Positions 41,250 to 53,690 of a stretch of DNA of 64,000 bases are shown one piece after another. Location: the NCBI GenBank assembly GCA_951406725.2, contig OX597819.1:95046001-95110000 (forward strand), in the 5' to 3' direction. The DNA comes from Octopus vulgaris (lineage: Eukaryota). The translations under genes and the position numbers were made by a program. The stretch's first letter is position 1. Every line of letters begins with the position of its first letter. The notes under the pieces are model-generated. The model ran no database searches and was not told the DNA's origin. It saw only the letters and a list, made by a program, of their open reading frames with translations.

Positions 41250-41685
41250 CATCATCATCATCATCATCATCATCATTTAACGTCTGTTGTCCATGCTGGC
41301 ATGGGTTGAACGGTTTGACTGGCTTCACCAGACTCCAGTTAGATTTGGCATGATTTTCTATGGCTGGATGCCCTTTCTAATGCCAACCACTCAGAGAGTG
41401 TAATGGGTGCTTTTATATGCCACCAGCACGAGTGCCACTTGCATGACATTGGGGTGCATTTATGTGCCACTGGCATGGGTACCAATTTGCATGACACCTG
41501 TATCTGCCACAACTGTGATTTTGCTCAGCTTGATGGGTCTTCTTCTCAAGCATGACATAATGCCAATGTTCTTGGTCATTGCCTCCGTGAGGCCCAACAC
41601 TCAAAAGGAACTCTGCCACTTTGCCTCCATGAGGGCCAATGCTTGAAAGGAACTCAGCCACTTTGCTTCCATGATGCCCACCATT
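41250..41685 (-). mobile_element. RTE LINE 3' UTR with internal tandem units
   Basis: (CAT)n-ttaacgtctg..ccatgctggcatgggttg matches 49011 onward; repeated gtgcttttatatgcca and aaaggaactc.gccactttgc units. Confidence 0.78.
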
Positions 41686-41804
41686 CAGTAGATGTTCTTT
41701 ATGTGATATGATGGTGTCAAATAGCAGAGCAAGATGAAAAGGTTTGAGAGAAGCCATGTGCAAAAGGGTTCTTTATATAATCTACAGCCGGAAGTGGTCA
41801 AATA

Positions 41805-41920
41805 AGTGGCTGGCTTTGCCACAAAAAAATCAAAATAGTAGCAAAGGACAATAGTGAAATGGAAGAAATGGCTAGTTTTGCCACAAGAAAATTGAAATAG
41901 TAGCAAAGGGCAACAGTGAA
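41805..41920. repeat. Tandem duplication, 2 x ~62 bp
   Basis: tggct.g.tttgccacaa.aaaat..aaatagtagcaaagg.caa.agtgaa occurs twice. Confidence 0.8.
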
Positions 41921-44900
41921 GCAAAGAACAATAGAAACACATGAGAATGATGTTAAGTATTTAAAGGGGTACGATTACAGAAGTTATTAGAGAAAGTAAC
42001 GAATTGCAGGTCACGTAATTATTTTAACTCAAGAACGTTAGCATGTTAGTAATACATGTTAATTGAATGAAAAGAATGATGAACAATTAAAAACTAGAGA
42101 AGAAAAGAAAATTCTCAAAGTATTCAATAAAATTTATGTTACACAAAAGCTAGACAATTGGAATATGTCTGGCATGATAGCAAAACAATGAGTAGGGGGA
42201 AGTGATTTTATAGCAATGGAAATAGTAGCTAGAAATGACATGAAAAGATATACAGCTTATCTTTCTTTAATTTGTTCCAGTTGTTGGACTGTGGCTATGC
42301 TGGGGTACTGCACTGAAGGGTTTAGTCAAACAAACTACCCACCCCCACTGTACTTATTCCTTAAGTCTGGTACATAGTTTATTGCTCTTGTTGGTGAACT
42401 AAAAAGTCGTAGGGATGTAAACAAACCAACAATGCTCTCCAAGCCAAGGCAGAGAACAAACACAAAAGCTACATGTCAAGCCACAAAAACCATGCTAAAG
42501 TAGACACTGGAGCATGATGTGGTTCTTCGACTCATTAGATCTTGGTTAAACTGCCCAATCCATACCATATATATCTATACATATATATATATGGCATTTG
42601 TTTTATTATCCATTATATATATATATATATCAATTGAATAGGTCTGGTTTTCATGTTTTTTTTTTATTATGATGGTATTTTAGCTTTAACATAGTTTCTG
42701 TGTACCAAATTCAATCACAAGGTATTAGTCTGCCCAGGGCTAGTAGAAGACACAGGGGACTAAACCTGAACTGAAACAACATGGTTATAAAGTGAGTTTC
42801 TTAACCACATAGCTATGCTTATACCTAGAATGTAAACAAAAAAAAAACATTCTTTCTATCATGCAACAACTACTAGCTGTTTCCTTTCATATTGCCTCTA
42901 CTTCTCAGGCTATCACATTCACTGCTCTTCTGAACCAGCAAACTGCATACTCCTCTCTACTATCCAACAAATAATTATGCTGAACATCAACTGCATCAAT
43001 TTTACCAGGCTGAGAGAGGTCATTGGTACTACCCCACCCTGCTCCTCTGATAGACAAGTATAGAAAATTATTAAAACAATAATTTGTCTGAGTGCAGATC
43101 TTATTAAGTAAGAGCACCTTTTTAGTCTATCAGCCAGACCAAAGAAACCTTGATGCAAATAATTTGATCTGCTAGAAACAACAGCTAAATAGTCTTCAAA
43201 CTACATTCTACTGTCTTAAAAAGAGAGAATACATTGAAAAGTGTAGTCCTGGCTATACTTTCTGAATAAAAAAGATTGGCTAGTTATGGCTGTAATACCT
43301 TTGATCACACTTCTCAATCAGAGTGGATTTGTGGTTGTGCAAGAACAACAATAATCAGCCAGAATGTGACATAGCTTGATGATTACAATATTAGAAGACA
43401 ACATTAATAAGATCAATACACAAGCACAGTCATGTTAGCAGAAAAAGCTCTTATTGATCAAACAATCATAGCCATCATTCAGTTTAACCAGTGAGTTACA
43501 AGTATTGCTCTGCCAAATTGGTTAATCACTAGAAACACTATTATTAATGATTCTATCACAGAGGAACAAAGATCACTAAGGTTTACAAGGAGTACACTCT
43601 TGATATTATTCAGTGAATTCATAATGGGCACATTCTTGATTATCTAATTAAATAACATTAGGCATACTCTTGGTATTGCCAAATGAATTGACAATATATA
43701 CACTCTTGTAATTGGACATTAAAGTAAAAGTAGAAGAACTAATAACTAGCTATTGAGTTTCAAGACACGTTGATGAGTCTAGCCCACACCAGTATGAAAA
43801 ACAGATCTTAAATGATGAAGGTGGTGATGATGATGATTACTCATTGGGTTAGTGGTTCAGTTACCATTGGGTTATGGCATGACATGTGGTAACAAACCAA
43901 ATTCTGTAAGAAATGGAAGAAGGTAATATTGCTGCCAATGAAGTAGAGAGTATGAAATATGCAAATCATTAAACAATATTATTAGATATTTCATAAACTG
44001 AGTGTCATACTATGTTTTCTCATATATACAATTGTTCTGATAGTACTGATAGTTGCTGTTTAAGCCAAGATCAACCATAACACTGCCTTTCTTGTGTGTC
44101 ACATGTGATACATAAAACATATTCCCCTGGTAATGCATCATATATGACACACATTCTCAATTTTTTTTTAAACCACTAGAGTAACTCGGGACTTATGAAG
44201 GAGTTATATTACTCAGAACATATGAAAGAAGGGTAACTAAAAGTCTGCAAACAAACATAGATATATAGGTCAAATTTATGAAAATGCTTTGGACAGGCAA
44301 AGTAAACCTATGATCAAAAGCATTCTAGCACTGACCACCCTCTCATTTTAGGACTATATTAAACAATGCCTTCTTTGTTGAAAATGGTGGGGTTTGATTT
44401 GAAGAAGACTTGGTTGCTATTTCTAACAAGTCAAGCAACAATATAGAGAATCTCTCTTTGGCTCAAGTTGTAGCAGTGGGATGGTGTGAAAATATAAAGT
44501 TGATTCAAACACTCTCTTAAGGGAAGATTATCAATATCTCTTGGGAAATCAATGTTACATCAACTACAATTGGATTTGAATTCACAACTACAAGGCATTG
44601 AACAAGATACAATAACTATAAATAATCTAGTCCACTTCTCTTCCATTGGCACTAAGTCCATCAAGCTGACAATAGTAAATATTAATGCCAGGCCTCAGAG
44701 GAACAAAACAATTCCTTATGTCAGTTAATTGACACCAAAGAAGATATAAGAGATACATTTGTATAGCTTGCTAACAGGTCTTAGCCTGCTACAGGTCAGG
44801 CTGCAGAGGGAAAGCAACGATCGAGCGAGCGAGAGCAAGAGAGAGAGAGAAAGAGAGAGACTGCTAAGTAAGCCAGTAGAAACCAATTACCATTAAGAGA

Positions 44901-45127
44901 CAACCACAGAACCTTTATGTAGTTATTTGTTGTTTAGTTCTCTGTTGAATCTTGATAGAACAGATCTATAATCAAAGTCATTACATTCATGACTATCTGA
45001 TCTTTTGGTTTTCAGAAAGTATTACTGAAGACATTATCTTGTACGTTTCCCTTTTTCTTCAAAACAATAGAAATGATTTGAAGATGATATGGCTGCTACT
45101 GCTAGATAATTGAGCAACCATATAGAG

Positions 45128-45365
45128 CAGTGGTTCTCAACTAGGGTCCATAAAAAATTTTGTTGTTAAGGTTTATCTGCAACAAATTGATTATACTGCT
45201 ACAATACACAAAATATTTTAACAATTTTTTTAATACAATTCCTAATGATATTTAATTATAAAAATATAAAATGATTTTTTTAAAACATCGAATGTCTAGA
45301 AGGGCCCATCTGAGTAAAATAAGAATAAAAAGGCTTCATAGGTAAAAAATGTTTGAGAAACACTG
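45128..45365. mobile_element. hAT-Charlie-type MITE
   Basis: TIRs CAGTGGTTCTCAA / TTGAGAAACACTG; 8-bp TSD atatagag / atagagag; inserted in a family C copy. Confidence 0.88.
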
Positions 45366-46493
45366 ATAGAGAGGATCTCTTTATCTCTGCTTCTATATGC
45401 CTGATCAGCCTACTAGAATTAGCATCCACATCTTCTCCAAATAAAGACCTAACATCTGTAAAAAAAATAAATAAGTATAAAAAAGGCACTTTGCATTATA
45501 CCATCCTAGATGCACTATACCTAATTTTAAGATAAGAAAGGTCAAACTTGGATATACTGTATGTCATTAAACGATGGAAAGATCCAACTTAGAAAAGTAA
45601 GGTTGATCAGTCTGGTCTGGCATTAAAAACTAACAATTACCTACTTTTAAAGAAATAAGTTTTTAATTTTAAAAAAATGTATTGAAGGAAAGTTGGGTGG
45701 AAGTAAAGATTTCAACAATAATTTTCACTATTTCAAAAAGGAGCTCCTTTCATGGGTCCAACTAGTAGAAAAGGTGCTACTGATGTGTACATCAGTTTGA
45801 GTTGGACATGGAAAAAGACAGCTGAGATAGGAGACACAAGAGGCAAATCAGTGTAGATTGAAAGTATTGTAATTGGGACATACACAAACATATTGGCTGC
45901 CCCTTATCTCCCTTTATTACAGCTCATCACTCTCTTGCCCCATCTCTTACTCTCCATCTCCAGTTACTCTGATTCTACCATCCATCCTGGTTTTCAGCCA
46001 TTCTTCTCTCTTCTATTCAACTCCTCAGCCATATACATTTGAGTAAACAAACTCATCACAGAGTAGTGATGTCTCTCTAATCTTATGGAATGCAAGGCAA
46101 TCACATTTCTGTTCGTGTCATTATGAAGTCCACCCAGGACCTAGTAAGATGGTTGGCATAGAACAGAGACATGGAGTTAAGAGGACCTTTGGGCTTGTTG
46201 TGGACATAACTTCTTTAGTGCTACCGCTCTGATAAAATGCACCCAGTTCACTCTGTAAAAGTGGTTGGTGTTAGGAAGGGTATCAAGCCATTTAAACCAA
46301 ACCCAAAATGAAACATACAAGTAAGATGTGGTACTTTGACCCTTTTAGAATGGTAACTTCCAATAAGAATTAACTTGAACTATGATGACTTGTCCAATCC
46401 ATGGTAGCATGGAGAGCGGATGTAAAATAATGATATGGATATATCTGTATGCATGTGCATTTGTATGTATGTCTGCATATATCTATCTATCTG

Positions 46494-46554
<61 letters not shown>

Positions 46555-48478
46555 TATATATGACACACGTGTGCAATGAAAAATGAATAATACACAAGGG
46601 ATCTACAAATACATAATGATATCTATACACATATAAATACACACATCAATAACACGATGTATACAGGCAATTCAAAACAGGATTGTCAGTTAGATTTACT
46701 AGTTTCTCGTGCCATCACTAATGACTCATCACTAAAGATAACACATCCATTGATTTGTCTATAAGTCTATTCACATCTAAATACATCTTATGTTCAGCAA
46801 ACACACTAAAATGCATACCCATGAAAATTGCTGCTGAACAGCAAGTGCACCAACAAAAACAAGATATTTCAATAATGCAGTAATCTGCTTTCCTGTTAAT
46901 TTAGATTTAATATAATTTTTTTTTTAAAGTCAAAATACAAAAGAAAAAAAGCAACAAAAAAGTTACTTGTAAAGTACAACATTTTGAAGATTATTATAAC
47001 TCATTGAACATTCTTGATAAACACTTCAGAAGATTATTTTTAAAAGATAAAGCTTGAAATTTATCAATGTAATTGTCAGTCACTTTCCTGAATCAGATCA
47101 ACTTTCATACAAAACTGATTTAACCTTAGCTGAAATGATACAGACTATTATTAGCGTAATCAACAGTTTCAAGTTTCAAATCCTCATAGTCCCCAACATT
47201 CACTGCAAATTGAGTCATCAGTTAATCAAATCTAACAATCTAACCCTAACCCCAACACTACTCATCGCTATCTAAATACTAGTAACTCAGCTGATACCTT
47301 AATTAACCCACTTGGTGTCATGATACAATAGCATCCATCTTCATGTCATATTTAAATTAGTATTATTCATCATAATTTAATAACATTCCAAACATCATTT
47401 CAATATACCAATAAATGGTGAACAAACAAGGATGCCTCTATCTGCTTGAAGCACTGATGAAATCACTTTCAAATCACACCTTATCCTTTAAATAAGGGAA
47501 ATTATACATTAGATTGTGTGATCTGACATATTCATAATGTCTCTGATCAAAGGCCTGCTCAATCATATATATAATTCACAAGCCATTCTAAGATTTTCAG
47601 TAATCTATGTATCACTGATGAGGTCCAATAAGGCTAAAACACTTAACTGTATTCAACCTGCCTAGGCAGGTGAAAGAACATAACAACAGACAAAAGCCAC
47701 ATTTACAATGTACACTAACAATCAGTATATCATTTCAGCAAATTTCATCCAAATTCAGCCAATAGTTACATTTTTTTATGACTTTTATCCTGGATTAACA
47801 GTATTTTGTCAAAATCTGTAGTTTCTAATAGGATTGAGAGATTTATATAAAGAAAGTACTACAAGCCTTTAAGAGTTAATTAATTTCACTGAAATAATAT
47901 TCCAAAGTTATCACCCTTAATTTTTTTGACTAAAACTTGTTATTTAGACCATTACTGTTCACATCATTCAAGGTGTAGTTTTTAATTGAGGTTGCTAACA
48001 ATTAGAGAGTATATCTTACTTCTCCATAGTTGTGTTATATTTTCTCTTTTTATCTTTCTATATCTTATCCTTCTTGTTCTCTTTGGAGCTAGATTGTGTT
48101 ATCTTTTCAGTTAATAGTTGACTTGTTCTGTCTTAGATTTATAAAAAAAAATTGTAAAAAATGTTGCTCTACATTTCATTTTGCTTTTCTTTCTTATAAC
48201 ATGGGGTGGGACCAAGTGATGAGAAATGAATAGGATTCTATCTGGGCTGTGCATAATCTTACAACTGTAATTTCAACAATGATTGACCAGGTTCAATGTT
48301 TAGCAACATCAAAAGCCTGGACTGTGCCTAAGGATTCAGGAATGTAGATATGAACAGGATTCAATCAATATACAGGGTTGTTCTGTCAGCAAATTGGAAG
48401 AACATTAATTCATGTAATATTTGTTATCTCTGCATGTGCTAGTTATTCAAACAGCATTTGCAAATGAATGATAACACT

Positions 48479-48528
<50 letters not shown>

Positions 48529-48790
48529 GCCTCTAGGTCAGATTCTACAACAGCTTGGGTTTCAAGGGCTCACAGCTCTTCAATATCCTTCCAGAAAACC
48601 TAAGAGACTTATATGGGGGCTGGGGTGGATCTCCATGGTAAGAAATGCAAACAAAGGCTACATCAAACTTCCTCATTCACTAAAAGCCACATATCAGAGG
48701 AGGTTTTTAAGAAATGAAGATGTAGCAAACCTAACAGCAGTGCCCCAGTATGGCCACAGCTCTCGGACTGAAACTAGTAAAAGACTAAAA

Positions 48791-48827
<37 letters not shown>

Positions 48828-48966
48828 CTCGTAAATGAAAACAACACACTGCTAACACAAAAGTAAGATACAAAATACTGACTTGTAAACCTTTAATACA
48901 CTTGGTAGTACACTATGGCTGCAAATGTTAGTAATTAATATATATATGTGTATGTATTATATATAC

Positions 48967-49010
<44 letters not shown>

Positions 49011-49013
<3 letters not shown>

Positions 49014-50380
49014 TCATCATCATCATCATTTAACGTCCGCTTTCCATGCTGGCATGGGTTGGACGGTTCAACTGGGGTCTGGGAAGCCAGAAGGCTGCAC
49101 CAGGCCCAGTCTGAGCTGGCAGTGTTTCTACAGCTGGATGCCCTTCCTAACGCCAACCACTCCGTGAGTGTAGTGGGTGCTTTTTACGTGCTACCGGCAC
49201 AGGTGCCAGACGAGGCTGGCAGACGGCCACGATCGGATGGTGCTTTTTACGTGCCACCGGCACGGGGACCAGATGAAGCTGGCAATGGCCACGGTCGGAT
49301 GTTGTTTTTTACGTACCACCGGCACGGAGCCAGTCGGGCGGCGCTGGCAATGGCCACGTTCGGATGGTTCTCTTACGTGCCACCAGCACTGGTATCACAG
49401 CTACAAATTCCATTGATGTTGGTAGATTACGATTTTGATTTTGATTTTCACTTGCCTCAACAGGTCTTCACAAGTGGAGTTTTGTGTCCCAAGAAGGAAA
49501 GGAATGCATAAGTGGGCAGGCTACATCCCAGGTGTAGGCCACGGGATTATGGCCTCACTTGTCCTGCCGGGTCTTCTCACGCACAGCATGCTTCCATAGG
49601 TCTCGGTCTAGTCATTTCCTCGGTGAGACCTAAAGTTTGAAGGTTGTGCTTCACCACCTCATCCCAGGTTTTCCTGGGTCTGCCTCTTCCACAGGTTCCC
49701 TCAACTGCTAGGGTGTGGCACTTTTTCACACAACTATCTTCATCCATCCTCACCACATGACCATACCAGCGCAAATGTCTCTCTTGCACACCACAACTGA
49801 TGCTTCTTAGGTCCAACTTTTCTCTCAAAGTACTTACACTCTGTCGAGTATGAACGCTGACATTACACATCCATCGGAGCATACTGGCTTCATTTCTTGC
49901 AAGCTTACGCATATCCTCAGCAGTCACAGCCCATGTTTCACTACCATGAAGCATAGCTGTTCGTACACATGCGTCATACAATCTGCCTTTTACTCTGAGC
50001 GAGAGGCCTTTTGTCACCAGCAGAGGTAAGAGCTCTCTGAACTTTGCCCAGGCTATTCTTACTCTAGCAGTTACACTTTCAGCACACCCAAGGTAACGAA
50101 AGCTATCAACTATTTCTAGTTTTTCTCCCTGGAACGTGGCGGAAGATAGTCTCTGCACATTTTCAGTGTTTATTGCACCAGAGCATCTGCCACATACAAA
50201 AACTATTTTCCTAGTTAGCCTTCCTTTGACATTGCTGCACTTCTTATGTGTCCATAGCTTACACTTAGTGCATCTTATAGAGTTTCTACCCACGCCTTTT
50301 CTACAGATCGAGCAGGGCCATCTACCTGAGGGTGTTTGTGATTTGTCTACCTTCCTACTTATTAGAACTTTGGTTTTAGC
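49011..50380 (-). mobile_element. 5'-truncated RTE-clade LINE in (TA)n
   Basis: ORF C-terminus, 3' UTR with tandem units and (ATG)n tail; flanked by TA microsatellite on both sides. Confidence 0.92.
49577..50380 (-). pseudogene. RTE ORF C-terminal fragment with embedded PHD finger
   Basis: Frame open from AKTKVLIS..WPCSICRKGVGRNSIRCTKCKLWTHKKC..VCGRC through EKLEIVDSFRYLG, MLHGSETW, LRWYGHVVRM and GRGRPRKTW. Confidence 0.9.
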
Positions 50381-50446
50381 TATATATTATATAAATGTAT
50401 ATATATTATATATATATAATATATATTATTATATATATTATATATA

Positions 50447-50596
50447 TCATCATCATCATCATCATCGTTTAATGTCCGCTTTCCATGCTAGCATGGGTTG
50501 GACGGTTCAACTGGGGTCTGGGAAGCCCGAAGGCTGCACCAGGCCAGTCAGATCTGGCAGTGTTTCTACAGCTGGATGCCCTTCCTAACGCCAACA
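50447..50596 (-). mobile_element. Second RTE 3' end (150 bp) in (TA)n
   Basis: Close match to 49011-49157 with several differences. Confidence 0.88.
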
Positions 50597-50604
50597 TGTA
50601 TATA

Positions 50605-50680
<76 letters not shown>

Positions 50681-50696
50681 ATATATATATGTATAT

Positions 50697-50731
<35 letters not shown>

Positions 50732-50974
50732 TATATATATTATATATATATATTTTTTTATGTGTATATATATATATGAGCAAAACGCCCCCCCTCTCAT
50801 CCAATGGATGGTGCTGAGTTGTCAAACATTTAAACCAGATTTTCTCAAAACAACTTGTCTGACCATCCCATAGGCCTCCCCTTTGAGAAACACTGATTCA
50901 ACCTAAATTTGAGACACCAGTAAAAGAAGAAATAAAGATAGACTTTTTTTCTATTCCAAAGAATGTTTTATCGA

Positions 50975-51135
50975 TCGCATTCTCACCTGGAGCGATTTTT
51001 GTAATTTTTTCAAGACTTATACATGCCCTGATACTGTCGGTATCTACATATCAAATTTGAGCGCAATCGGATGGAGGCTGCCGGAGATCCTAGAAGACAC
51101 ACACACAGACAGACAGAATGGATATTTTCTGAATG
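50975..51135. mobile_element. Helentron/DINE-1-like non-autonomous fragment
   Basis: atcaaatttgagcgcaatcgg followed by (CA)n and (GACA)n, a layout typical of HINE/DINE-1 elements. Confidence 0.5.
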
Positions 51136-51159
51136 TACATATAATGCCATTTTATTTCA

Positions 51160-51369
51160 TTAAGTTATAAAAATTAAATCAGCTAAATGCTTCCCATCAT
51201 TGTCAACACACTGTTGGAGACGTTCATGAAAGTTATCGATAACTCTATGGATCATTTCTTCTGGAATGATTGCTATTTCTACACAAATTGCACGCTTTAA
51301 TTCATCAATATTTCGAGGGCGATGACTGAATACTTTTGATTTTAAATATCTCCACAAGAAGAAATCACA
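51160..51369 (-). pseudogene. Tc1/mariner transposase C-terminus
   Basis: CDFFLWRYLKSKVFSHRPRNIDELKRAICVEIAIIPEEMIHRVIDNFHERLQQCVDNDGKHL, the segment after SPDL.P; cut off at the Penelope 3' end. Confidence 0.85.
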
Positions 51370-51371
51370 TT

Positions 51372-53690
51372 TCACAAAAAAATAAAAGACGAAGATGGGT
51401 GTGTAAACAACAAACAGATGTATTAGTTTAACGCTCGGGAAGTGAGAAAGTCTTTTACATTTCGAGCCTATGATTTTCAACAGAAAGGAACACAGAAATA
51501 AAGAGGGAGAGAAAAGAGAAAAAGGTTTAGTGGCTAGTGATCTATCATGGTGAATGCCAGACAGAGGGGTCACACAGGAGAGCTAGGGAGTAGGGGAGAT
51601 AAAGTAGTGGTGATCCCAAAACAAATGTGCGTGTGCATGAGATCATGTATGTGCATGTGGAAGGGGGTGGGTGACCTTGACGTGTGCATGTGTAGGTGTG
51701 TAGATGATGGTGTTGGTGCTAGGAAGTGGTCAGTATTAGTGTGTGCAGGGGATGTGATGTGGTGTGGTATGGTGGTGTTGGGTGGTATGGTGGTGTGGTA
51801 TGGGGGAGGCGAGAGTGGGGGAAGCAAGGTTGGGGTCTAAGGGATGGGATGTATAGGGATGGTGGGCTTGGAATGTGTAGGGATGGGGTAATGAGGGTGG
51901 GGTGACGATGAAGGGAGAGAGTGGAAGGGAGGTAGGTAGGAGTGAAGAGAGGAAGTAGGTGCCAGAGCAAGAGAGGAGAGGCGGGTGGAAGTAGATGTAA
52001 GAGGAAGAGAGGAGAGAGGAGAAGGGTTAGATGAAGAGGGGAGGAGAGTTGAGCCAATGTGGTGCAAAGGAGCAAAGAGAAAAGATTAATCCCTGCTTAT
52101 GGCACAGACGGGAGTCTGGATGGCCCCTGTGCAAGGACAATCCGAACACAGACAGGTGTTGTAAAGAGTGACTGGTAGAGCAGAAATGGCATGAGACTGA
52201 GGTGTTGTTGCCAAGTCTGATGTCTCAGAGGTGTTCCACGAACTGGTCAGCCAAGTGGTGTCCTGTTTGACCAATGTATAGAGAAGAACAGAGAGAGCAG
52301 GTGATGCAGTAGATGACATTGCTCAAAGTGCAGGTGAAGGAGTCAGTGATATGATAGGGTCAATAATGAGTGCCTGTGAGGAGGGTGGTGTTGGAGAGAT
52401 AAGGGCAAGTGAAACATCGTGGGCAGGAGCAGGGGAACAAGCTGGGTTGGGAGGTTGGGTAAGGGAAGAAGCTCTGGACCAAGTGGTCTCATAGGTTGTG
52501 GGAGGGGTCAGTTAGGGAAGATGTGCAAAGTGGAGGGGTCAGATTGGAGTCACCAGAAGGCTTGGAGAATGGTATGTTGGAGTGGTGGGGTGGTAGGTGA
52601 GGGGAAACGGGAGATGGGTGACAGCGGGGAAGGTGCAGAGGAAAGCAGATGCACAGTCCACAGAAGTGCTCCGGCAAAGGCGGTGTGGATAGTGGTGAGG
52701 GGATATCCACATAGGATGACGTGGCAAGCCATGAGTTGAGACTGAGTCTCAAAGTCATGGTTGTCACTGCAGAGCCTCCATAGATAGAGGAATTGGGAAT
52801 AGTGGATGGAGATCTTGGTGTGTTTAGGGTGGGAGGAGGAGAAGTTGAGGTAAGAGTGTGAGTCTGTGTGTTTGAAGTGGATGGAGGTGGTGAGAGTGGA
52901 GTGATGAATGCTGACCAAAATGTTGAGAAAGGCGACTGAGGTGTCAGAAATAGTGCAGGAGAAGTCGAGGGCAGGATAGAAAGATTTAACAAAAGAGAGG
53001 AAGGAGTCTAGATATTCACGAGAGAGTGAGGTCACACCGATACAGTCGTCAATATAATGACTGTATATCTCAGGAGTGGGACCAGTGAAACTTGAGAATA
53101 TTTGGGCCTCAACGTAGCCAATGAACAGGTTCGCATAGTCGGGGCCCATTCTTGTTCCCATGGCCACTCTCGAGATCTGCTGGTAAAAATCACCCGTGAA
53201 CGAGAAGCCAGACAAAGGAGTGTGGATGTGTCAGGTTGGGAGTTGGGTCAAAGGTCAAGGAAATGTTGGAGTGCACGCAGCCCCTGTGGTGAGGGATCAC
53301 CGTGTATAGACTCTTGATGTCAAGAGTGAAGAGAAGTTTAGAGAGGCCAGGAGGGAAGAAGAAAGAGTTGAACAAACTAAGAGCAAGATGGGTATCATGG
53401 ATGTGAGAAGGGTGGGAAGCTACCAGCGCAGCAAGGACACAGTCAAGATATCTGGAGATGAGTTTGGTGAGGCAGTTGCAGGTGGAGCCGATGGGGCAGC
53501 CAGGGTTGTTAGGTTTGTGGATTTGGGTTAGGGTTAGGCTAAATTGTGAGAGTGCAAGGAGTGCAGACAATGAGGTTAGAGGCAGTGGGGAACGACATGG
53601 ATAGTGGAGGACACAGTCTGTTGGTAGCTGGGCGTGGGGTTGGAGGGCAGAGGGCAGTAGAAGGAGGTGTCTCGAAGTTGGCAGAGAGAT
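51372..53690 (-). mobile_element. Penelope-like element (Neptune-type), 5'-truncated, decayed
   Basis: RT plus Cys-rich linker plus GIY-YIG endonuclease; low-complexity 3' region and hammerhead-like remnant. Confidence 0.9.
52045..53690 (-). pseudogene. PLE reverse transcriptase + GIY-YIG endonuclease pseudogene
   Basis: IHKPNNPG.PI, FTLDIKSLYTVIPH, FYQQI..VAMGTRMGPDYANLF, YIDD, K.TDSHSYLNFSSSHP; linker PCSCPRCFTCPY..FTC; NVIYCITCSLCSSLYIGQTG...F.EH; stops and frameshifts. Confidence 0.9.

Noticed and set aside
49011-50596. LTR-like direct repeats flanking the RTE ORF
   Set aside because: Both are RTE 3' tails with (ATG)n, lack TG..CA ends, PBS and PPT, and differ in sequence; separate insertions
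51370-51573. N-terminal half of the 137-aa ORF 51160-51573 as transposase
   Set aside because: Chance in-frame fusion of the PLE 3' end to the mariner fragment
51547-52075. Pro/His/Leu-rich ORFs
   Set aside because: Low-complexity 3' region of the Penelope element
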